Both the position numbers and the translations under genes were made by a program. This document shows positions 57,104 through 64,000 of a stretch of 64,000 nucleotides of DNA, one piece after another. The notes under the pieces are model-generated. The model saw nothing but the letters and a program-made list of their open reading frames with translations. It had not been told where the DNA came from and did no database searches. Origin of the DNA: Cyanobacteria bacterium auto_48_18 (lineage in GTDB: Bacteria; Cyanobacteriota; Vampirovibrionia; Obscuribacterales; Obscuribacteraceae); the NCBI GenBank assembly GCA_036170915.1, contig JAVHQC010000022.1, positions 401,713 to 465,712 on the forward strand. The letters run 5' to 3'. Positions within the stretch are counted from its first letter, which is position 1; every line of letters starts with the position of its first letter.

Positions 57104-58963
57104 ATGGCGGTTTTGAAAAGGGCGGTAGGCAGAGCAAGACCAGTGCTCGTTCTAATTCTGGTCTCTTTTCTACTTATTGTTATCTTTAGCTGCGGCCAGT
57201 CGAGCAGCCTGGCCGGTTCAGAATCACGCATAGTCTGGCACGATTTTGACGAGTCGATTTTTGCCGATGCGAAAAAGCAGAACAAATTTGTCTTACTAGA
57301 TCTCGAAGCCGTCTGGTGTCACTGGTGCCATGTGATGGATAAAGAGACCTATGCTGATGCGGCAGTAGTGAAATTGCTCAATGACAAGTACATCTGTGTG
57401 CGGGTAGATCAAGATGCCAGGCCCGATTTGAGCAGCAAATACGAAGATTACGGTTGGCCAGCAACCATTGTCTTCAACAGCGACGGTGGCGAAATTGTCA
57501 AACGCTCGGGTTATATAAACCCCACGCGCATGGCTCGTCTGCTTGCTGCCATTGTCAAAGATCCCAGCGCTGAGGAGGCAGAGAAGACCGATAACGCCAA
57601 TGCAGCTGATGTCACTACAAATGCTGAGAGCAAACCGGGTTTAAGTGCGGCCATTCGTGCCGAACTGCTAGGCAAATTTACCAGCGGATATGACCCTAAA
57701 TATGGTGGCTGGGGCACTTATCAAAAATTTCTCGATTTTGACACCGCCGAATTTGCCCTTTCACAAAGCTGCGACGGCGATCAGGAAGCGGCAAAAATGG
57801 CCAGAGGTGCCCTTGATGGCGAAATCAATTTGGTCGATCCGCACTTTGGCGGCGTTTATCAATATTCAACTGATGGCGACTGGATGCATCCTCATTTTGA
57901 GAAAATTATGCAAACTCAAGCTGAGAATATGCGTATTTTCTCTCTCGGTTACAAAATCTTCAAAGATCAGCGCTATCTAACTGCGGCCCAGTCAATCGCG
58001 CAATATCTCAATGACTTCCTCACTGCGCCAGACGGTGGCTTTTATACCAGTCAGGATGCCGATCTCAAAGCTGGTGAGCATAGCGGCGAATATTTCAGTT
58101 TGAATAAAGCAGAACGGTTGAAGTTGGGCATTCCTACTATTGATAAGCATGTCTATGCCCGTGAAAACGGCTGGGCAATCAATAGTTTTTGTGAGTTGTA
58201 TGCAGCCTGCGGTGATCCTGTTTATTTAGCTCGCGCGGTTTTGGCCGCGGATTATATGCTAGCTAATCGAACTCTTCCCAATGGCGGTTTCAGGCATGGC
58301 GAGACCGATAATGGCGGCCCCTTCCTGGGTGATACACTGGCCATGGGGCGCGCTTTCCTTTCGCTTTATCGTGTTACCGGGGAGCGCAAATGGCTCAGTC
58401 GCGCCGAGCTGGCAGCAAATTTTATTGATGCACATTTTAAATCTGTGCAACAGGGCGGTTTCAACAGTGCCGAGGCGGGGCAACGCAAAGTGGCCATGCC
58501 AGAGCCTTTGTTAGATGAGAACGTCATGCTCGCTCGTTTTACCAATTTGCTTTTTCACTATACCGGGGACAAGAGATATTTGGTCATGGCTGACAGGGCC
58601 ATGACTTATTTATCGCAACCGGCCGTTGCGCGCAAGCGCAAAGTATTTGTCGGCGGAGTTTTATTGGCCGACAAAGAACTACATGCGATACCAGCACATA
58701 TTACCGTGGTGGGTGCAAAATCAAATGCTGATGCCTCTGCGCTCTTTCGGACTGCCATCACTCTTCCTCTCACTTTTGCCCGTGTGGAATGGTGGGATAG
58801 TAAAGAAGGTCCGCTGCCTAACACTGAAGTCGAGTTACCTCAATTGGCAAAAGCTGCCGCTTTCGTCTGCACCGCTGGGCGCTGCTCGGCCCCTGCCTAT
58901 GACCCGCAGACACTGGCGCAGATTTTTGCCGCCAGGCAAGAAGGGCTGAAGACAGGGCCGTAA
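57104..58963 (+). CDS. YyaL/SPATA20-like thioredoxin (DUF255) plus alpha/alpha-toroid protein, putative lipoprotein
   Basis: WCHWCHVM, GWPATI, GG…YS.D..W..PHFEK, GGFYTSQDAD. Confidence 0.9.
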   Translation: MAVLKRAVGRARPVLVLILVSFLLIVIFSCGQSSSLAGSESRIVWHDFDESIFADAKKQNKFVLLDLEAVWCHWCHVMDKETYADAAVVKLLNDKYICVRVDQDARPDLSSKYEDYGWPATIVFNSDGGEIVKRSGYINPTRMARLLAAIVKDPSAEEAEKTDNANAADVTTNAESKPGLSAAIRAELLGKFTSGYDPKYGGWGTYQKFLDFDTAEFALSQSCDGDQEAAKMARGALDGEINLVDPHFGGVYQYSTDGDWMHPHFEKIMQTQAENMRIFSLGYKIFKDQRYLTAAQSIAQYLNDFLTAPDGGFYTSQDADLKAGEHSGEYFSLNKAERLKLGIPTIDKHVYARENGWAINSFCELYAACGDPVYLARAVLAADYMLANRTLPNGGFRHGETDNGGPFLGDTLAMGRAFLSLYRVTGERKWLSRAELAANFIDAHFKSVQQGGFNSAEAGQRKVAMPEPLLDENVMLARFTNLLFHYTGDKRYLVMADRAMTYLSQPAVARKRKVFVGGVLLADKELHAIPAHITVVGAKSNADASALFRTAITLPLTFARVEWWDSKEGPLPNTEVELPQLAKAAAFVCTAGRCSAPAYDPQTLAQIFAARQEGLKTGP

Positions 58964-59016
58964 AAAATGCCATATACTGTTAGCCGTGAATCAAGGCTGC
59001 TGTTAAGAAAAGGACA

Positions 59017-59943
59017 TTGATATTGAAAGCGCTCCAGCACCTTCTTCTCACCATTTCTGTCGGTCTTGCCGTGATAAGCAGCACTGTAGTTGACGCATCG
59101 GCTTTAGAGCAGCCTGCCGTCTCTAAAGGCTCTGTTAGCGTCCACACTGCAAATGTGAGCAAGTTTGACCACACATATGCTGCCTTTGGCCGCGAACTGT
59201 CTAAATATCTCGAGAACGGCAATGTTCACTACAAGTTGTGGAAGGCCGATTCAGCCGGTTTGGATCAGTTTTTAAAGCAGCTCTCCGATTTGTCTCCGCA
59301 CGAATATCAGCATTTCACTGCCGATCAAAAAAAGGCATTCTGGATCAATGCCTACAACGCATTAACCATAAAAGTGGTGCTCGACAATTATCCAATCAAG
59401 GGCAACCATTCTCAATATCCGCCCAGCAGCTTCCGGCAAATTCCGGGTGAATGGGAGCACGGTAAGTTCAAAATCATGGGCGCACCGGTTAATTTGTACG
59501 ACATTGAACATGAGCGCCTGCGACATGACTTTCCTGATCCCCGTATTCACTTTGCCGTGGTGCCTGCTGCTCGCAGTTGCGCAAAACTTTCGCCGCATCC
59601 ATTTGTGGCCACTGATCTCGATCAACGCCTCGATCAGTGTACACGCGAATTTTTTGCTGATCCCAATAATCTCACTGTAGATCCTGATACCGGCTTGATG
59701 CGGGTGAACAAAATCTTCAGCTGGTTTACGCTTGATTTCGCCAGCAAGGCAGGTTATGCCAGACGTGCTTTTCCACCACCCATGGATAAAGACATCATCG
59801 CCTCATACGTAAGTTTTTACGTGCCAACTGACGAGCGTGATGTGATTGAAAAATTTCGCAAGCAAGACAAATTGGTGCTCGATTATCTGCCCTACGACTG
59901 GGCGCTAAACGACGCGGACGAAATTAAAAGCGTTAAGAACTAG
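59017..59943 (+). CDS. DUF547 domain secreted protein
   Basis: AFWINAYNA, DIEH..LR, DPRIHFA, KIFSWF..DF, YDWALN. Confidence 0.9.
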   Translation: MILKALQHLLLTISVGLAVISSTVVDASALEQPAVSKGSVSVHTANVSKFDHTYAAFGRELSKYLENGNVHYKLWKADSAGLDQFLKQLSDLSPHEYQHFTADQKKAFWINAYNALTIKVVLDNYPIKGNHSQYPPSSFRQIPGEWEHGKFKIMGAPVNLYDIEHERLRHDFPDPRIHFAVVPAARSCAKLSPHPFVATDLDQRLDQCTREFFADPNNLTVDPDTGLMRVNKIFSWFTLDFASKAGYARRAFPPPMDKDIIASYVSFYVPTDERDVIEKFRKQDKLVLDYLPYDWALNDADEIKSVKN

Positions 59944-60374
59944 CAGTATTTGTCAGCTACGGCAATCATCGCTGCGGCGGCTTGCGGATTGCTATGATTT
60001 TGAGCCAAGAGTTTCAAGTGACCGCCAATGTTGGCGAGCTTTTCTGGAGAAAAGGCGCCCTGATCGCTGCCAAATTTTCCCGGAGCTTCTTTATTCAGTT
60101 CTAAAACATTGACCAGCAATTTGAGGCGGGGAGCCGTCATTTCTTCATTGCGCCCAAAAATATTGTCCACCGATTTGACATTGTTGGCATTGATGGCGCC
60201 GAGGCCCTGCATCAAAGCAAAAGCCGAAGTGTCCGACTGGCGCATGCGATTTTCTGCAGCGTCATTGCTGACGCCGGTTTGATAATGCTCGGGCTTGAGC
60301 TGCGGAATGCCTATCTGATCACGCGAGTCATTAGCGACATTATCGTTCGATTCTGCATGATTGCGTACCGACAT
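59940..60374 (-). CDS. Hypothetical protein
   Basis: GGGAG RBS before ATG 60374; no recognisable motif. Confidence 0.6.
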   Translation of the reverse strand: MSVRNHAESNDNVANDSRDQIGIPQLKPEHYQTGVSNDAAENRMRQSDTSAFALMQGLGAINANNVKSVDNIFGRNEEMTAPRLKLLVNVLELNKEAPGKFGSDQGAFSPEKLANIGGHLKLLAQNHSNPQAAAAMIAVADKYC

Positions 60375-60513
60375 AGTGGATCTCCCGTCAGACAAATAGC
60401 CATTCTCTATAGATGTACCCGAAAATAGCTGAAAACAGCCACGCATTGGGACAATTTAATGCTTGACTTCAATTCGCTCAGTATATTCCCCCCTGCACGC
60501 GAGGTCTGGGGCT

Positions 60514-61716
60514 TTACTGTTCTTTAGATTGCGACTGTGGTTGTTGGGCGCTTTCGACTACGTCGCCGTGAAGAGCGGCCATAATAAAATTGGCTGCAAT
60601 GGCTTGCCTCAGGCCAATGCCGATAATCGGGGCAGGGTCAGGTAGGGCTGTGTTAAAAGAAAGATTGGCATTATTATCGAAATGCCCGACCAGATGCAAA
60701 ACGCGGCCCTGGCCAAACGGGAATGACAGTGCAAGAATGCCCAGCCGGTCTTGATCCTGGCTGGCGAGCTCGCGACTTCTGGCCAAAACCTGCACCGATC
60801 GGCCTTTAATAACGCGCACCATCTGGCTCTTGTCTTCCAGCTGCCAGTGCGCCACTTTCGGCACGCCGGCTAACAGTATTGGATCGCGATCGACGACAAC
60901 TGCGTCAACAACTCCTTTTTCGGTTTCATTGCTATTCCATTCAACGTAACCAGGAAAAGCTTTTTGCAAGCAAGAGTCGAGCGCCCAATCGGTGCTCAAA
61001 AGATAACCGCCGTTTTCTACAAACCTGCGTACGGTCACAATTGCTGCTTGATTTAAGACACAACCGCAATTGATCGTCAGTATTTTTGTGCCAGTGAGGT
61101 CAGTTGAGGGCAATTCGTTCTGCGTGATTTTTGTAAAAGGCAAACCGAAATTGCGCAGAATGTGCCCGCAGTCGTCCCATTTGCCTTTTACTTCGACGAT
61201 GGTATTTTTCGAAAATCTGGTGCTTTTACCGGCATGAGCTCGCTCAAGCCAGGCTTTAAAAAGTGCCGGTTGCACTGTAGTTGTGCGTGCTTGAGCCAGA
61301 TAGGGGGCACTGCGCATGAATTGCGCGGCCATGCCATCAAGGCCGCGATTGCTCCTTTGCCCAGAACCTGATGAGCGCACGGTGGCCGAGCTAACTCCGC
61401 CGATGATACGGCCAGAGCCGCCGCTGCCTATCTTGAGTTCTGGGGCTGGAGGGGTAACTTCGTCCTGACTATCTTGAATGTTCTCATTTTCTGTTTCTGG
61501 TGCCGGCTGGCGCAAGCGCGCTCGGCGAGCGCTCTGCGTGGTATCGAGATAATTTTCATCGGCATATGGAGCTACCGGTGCTGTTCTTGCCCGGGGCTTG
61601 ACTTTGATTTCATCTACGTTTTCGTCAATCCAGTCAGATGCCGCTGCACTCGCCAACAGCTGCCCGGGCGGGTAAAGCAAGAGAATGAGAGCAATTGTCA
61701 GCTTAAGCTTGTTCAC
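60514..61716 (-). CDS. Secreted hypothetical protein with class-I glutamine-amidotransferase-like fold region
   Basis: Signal peptide, disordered linker, INC…VRRFVENGGYLLSTDWAL, G.GRVLH..GHF. Confidence 0.65.
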   Translation of the reverse strand: MNKLKLTIALILLLYPPGQLLASAAASDWIDENVDEIKVKPRARTAPVAPYADENYLDTTQSARRARLRQPAPETENENIQDSQDEVTPPAPELKIGSGGSGRIIGGVSSATVRSSGSGQRSNRGLDGMAAQFMRSAPYLAQARTTTVQPALFKAWLERAHAGKSTRFSKNTIVEVKGKWDDCGHILRNFGLPFTKITQNELPSTDLTGTKILTINCGCVLNQAAIVTVRRFVENGGYLLSTDWALDSCLQKAFPGYVEWNSNETEKGVVDAVVVDRDPILLAGVPKVAHWQLEDKSQMVRVIKGRSVQVLARSRELASQDQDRLGILALSFPFGQGRVLHLVGHFDNNANLSFNTALPDPAPIIGIGLRQAIAANFIMAALHGDVVESAQQPQSQSKEQ

Positions 61717-61855
61717 CAGTATTCACTTGTTGCGCCAATAGAGTAAAGCTAACACAAATTTAGTGCTGAAAAATATTGCACTCCGGAACCGTTAAGGAGA
61801 GTTAGAGGTAGTAATGCTATCCTCACTGCTCCCAATTCAAGCTGGAGGCATGACC

Positions 61856-62377
61856 ATGACCGAGACCGTAGACAACAATAGTCAAGAAACTTGCAAGTTG
61901 GCAACACCGCAAGAAGAGCACCAGTGGCTCACCTCCCTTGTGGGCGACTGGACTTTTGAGTCTGAGTGCTCAATGGGGCCGGAGCATCCTCCGATGAAAT
62001 CTAGCGGCAAAGAGACTGTTCGCTCCATTGGCGGACTCTGGATTGTCGGTGAAGGCGAGGGCACAATGCCTGACGGTGGAATTGGCACTACGCTGATAAG
62101 TCTCGGATATGACCCTGCTAAAAAACGTTATCTCGGCACATGGATTGGTTCGATGATGACGCACATGTGGATTTACGATGGTGAGATGGACGCCAGCGGA
62201 AAAATCTTGACTCTGTCTGCCGAAGGCCCGTCATTTACAGACCCAACGAAGACCACTATGTATCAAGACATTATTGAAATCAAAGACGATAATCACCGCA
62301 TTCTGCGCTCGCAATATCAGGGCGAGAATGGGGAGTGGACGCACTTTATGACTGCGCACTACAAACGCAAAATCTAA
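61856..62377 (+). CDS. DUF1579 family protein
   Basis: PQEEH.WL..LVG.W, LGYDPAKKRY.GTWIGSM; GGAGG RBS. Confidence 0.88.
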   Translation: MTETVDNNSQETCKLATPQEEHQWLTSLVGDWTFESECSMGPEHPPMKSSGKETVRSIGGLWIVGEGEGTMPDGGIGTTLISLGYDPAKKRYLGTWIGSMMTHMWIYDGEMDASGKILTLSAEGPSFTDPTKTTMYQDIIEIKDDNHRILRSQYQGENGEWTHFMTAHYKRKI

Positions 62378-62391
62378 AATCGAGCGTTCTG

Positions 62392-62709
62392 TCAGGCTTG
62401 CTTTAACTTTGAGTCGGTTTGTCTGATATCAGATTCGGTATCATTGATGGCGCGTCTCAACATGGCGAGCGCATTCAAATTTGGCCAGATCGCATCTTTC
62501 ATTTCTTCGAATTGATATGGACCAATTTGGTGCGAATCATATCGACGACACACGTCTTCCCATAACTCAAAAAGTGTTTTAGGACAGCACGTCTCGCGGG
62601 CACGTCTTTGGAATTCTAGTAGGTCAAAGGGTTCGATGGTCGTAACCTCCAGAAGATAGAACCATGGGGGTTCTATTTGTAGGATGCTCAGGTTAATCTG
62701 ATCTGTCAA
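62392..62709 (-). CDS. Hypothetical protein
   Basis: 105-aa ORF with TTG start filling the gap; no motif. Confidence 0.55.
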   Translation of the reverse strand: MTDQINLSILQIEPPWFYLLEVTTIEPFDLLEFQRRARETCCPKTLFELWEDVCRRYDSHQIGPYQFEEMKDAIWPNLNALAMLRRAINDTESDIRQTDSKLKQA

Positions 62710-62818
62710 GTAAGACTTTGAATAGAAACTTTTTGTTCCAACTTTTAATATTTTCTATGAACATTCGATGTCTGTCTGGCGGTGGTGTCGATATAGGGCG
62801 GGCACCGCCTGCGGTGAA

Positions 62819-63763
62819 CTATGACACCATCTGCCGCCGCGCCTTAACCAAAAAGTCATTAGCCCATTGATAGTCTGGTCTTTCGGGAAGTTTTGTTTGT
62901 TCGAATGCCCTGGTGAATTCTTGATGCAACTCCAGGCGCCAGGCATTGACCTCATCCCAGCTTTCGTGCCCGTTACGAATTGAAAGCAGGCGCTCCCGGT
63001 GTTCTGCCACCTGCACTGGTACCACTCCTTCTTTCATAATCGTCACACCTGAGGTCAAAAGTCTGACCAGGTGCATCACATGTTTCCATTTGAACTCACC
63101 TTGATTGCGCAGGTCTTGCTCTAGTTTTTTGAACTGTGAGAGCACATAGCCGTTGTAAGTTTGATAGACAAGCTTCGATAGCATTCGAGAGCGGCCAGCT
63201 AGCAGCTCATCCGCCAACGGCGTTGAGTGTTCCACCAGAGGTGTATAAAAGCACTCAAGAACGTTAGGATTAGCTTTCAATGCCAGCACTAGAAATTTTT
63301 GCAATTCCCAGTAGCATTCTTGATTCTCGTGATTTTCGATTTGCTCAGGCAGGCCATACAAAGACCAGTGCAAATCTGCCGGCGGCAGATAAATTCCGCG
63401 CCGGTCGATATCTGAGTGGGCGACATCTAGGCCGAAAGCGCGCGAGCCGACCACACATCTATAGATCACGTACTGTTGCAACTGCTGATCGTCAATAGCG
63501 CTTTCGTGGCGCTCGAAGTTGACGCCCTGTACGTGTTTGCGGATGGCAATTTCTTGGCGGAACAGTCTGGCCTGGCCGCCATCAGGAAAGGCGATCAGGT
63601 ATGAGTGCTTGCTGTCTGTGGGACTCTTGCTGATTTTGCCCACGGTGCCGCTGCTGCGCAGCGGAGCACCGCCGAAGTCGCGACTTTCTACCAGAGTGAC
63701 GACCTGTGTTCCGGCAGGTAGAACCAAATGAGGATTAGCATTGGGTGAATTATTTTCTGTCAT
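62819..63763 (-). CDS. YcgL/RlaP-like nucleotidyltransferase with N-terminal beta-rich extension
   Basis: VGSRAFGL…SDIDRRG (GS…DxD), ANPNVLE, K..MHL.RLL, LPERPD. Confidence 0.85.
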   Translation of the reverse strand: MTENNSPNANPHLVLPAGTQVVTLVESRDFGGAPLRSSGTVGKISKSPTDSKHSYLIAFPDGGQARLFRQEIAIRKHVQGVNFERHESAIDDQQLQQYVIYRCVVGSRAFGLDVAHSDIDRRGIYLPPADLHWSLYGLPEQIENHENQECYWELQKFLVLALKANPNVLECFYTPLVEHSTPLADELLAGRSRMLSKLVYQTYNGYVLSQFKKLEQDLRNQGEFKWKHVMHLVRLLTSGVTIMKEGVVPVQVAEHRERLLSIRNGHESWDEVNAWRLELHQEFTRAFEQTKLPERPDYQWANDFLVKARRQMVS

Positions 63764-63800
63764 CTCATACGCTTACAGTGCGATTTCTATTCTAACCCCG

Positions 63801-63830
63801 GAGGGCCCAAGTCTTTCGACTTGAGCCCTC
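63801..63830 (-). terminator. Hairpin, probable terminator of an upstream minus-strand gene
   Basis: GAGGGCCCAAGTC-tttc-GACTTGAGCCCTC; on the minus strand it has a GAAA loop and a G-U pair; weak U tail. Confidence 0.5.
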
Positions 63831-63867
63831 CCCTTTATCTGGAAAAAATTTTCGAACTTTCGAATTA

Positions 63868-63999
63868 TTACTCTGGTGAATAGGTGTCACGTACTGGCAC
63901 TGTTTCATAGAGCAGATGGTTGAGAGTTGATTTAAAAGCGCTGAGTGCACTGGCTAAAGACGATGTTGCTCTGGTCTTAAACGCCATCACTCTCTCTTT
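63868..63999 (-). CDS. Possible 3' end of a gene that begins beyond the window
   Basis: Open frame KERVMAFK…DTYSPE followed by TAA TAA and a hairpin. Confidence 0.4.
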   Translation of the reverse strand, partial: KERVMAFKTRATSSLASALSAFKSTLNHLLYETVPVRDTYSPE

Positions 64000-64000
64000 G

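Noticed and set aside
1..64000. CRISPR array, tRNA/rRNA, IS or integrase, sel genes
   Set aside because: No repeat-spacer periodicity, cloverleaf or rRNA signature, and no such protein motifs were seen by eye.

Overview
This is a gene-dense bacterial chromosomal window with about 48 CDSs. I saw no rRNA, tRNA, CRISPR array, transposase or integrase. The gene content suggests non-photosynthetic Cyanobacteriota (Vampirovibrionia/Obscuribacterales-like); this is inference only, based on several Ser/Thr kinase-TM-LRR receptors, many TPR proteins, a matrixin-TonB_C fusion, DevBCA and a deoxyhypusine-synthase-like gene. Main observations: (1) Two ORF pairs split by the ORF caller are single reading frames interrupted by an in-frame UGA at a redox-active position, each followed by a SECIS-like hairpin. 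One is a TlpA-like lipoprotein with W-U-G-P-C; the other is a secreted protein resembling the active-site region of eukaryotic selenoprotein N. Both are candidate selenoproteins. (2) A small cassette of promoter, two-hairpin RNA/terminator and an inactivated NYN (PIN-like) RNase gene lies between two versions of the 3' end of a nucleotidyltransferase gene. This is an insertion scar with a type III toxin-antitoxin-like layout. (3) A triplicated family of small secreted His/Asp/Asn-rich proteins. (4) A family of kinase-LRR receptors plus an ectodomain-only paralog. (5) A flippase/GMC-subunit fusion operon. (6) An ArsR relic with its operator, CsoR/RcnR-like operators, and several long perfect palindromes. 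All family assignments come from motif recognition by eye, not from database searches.
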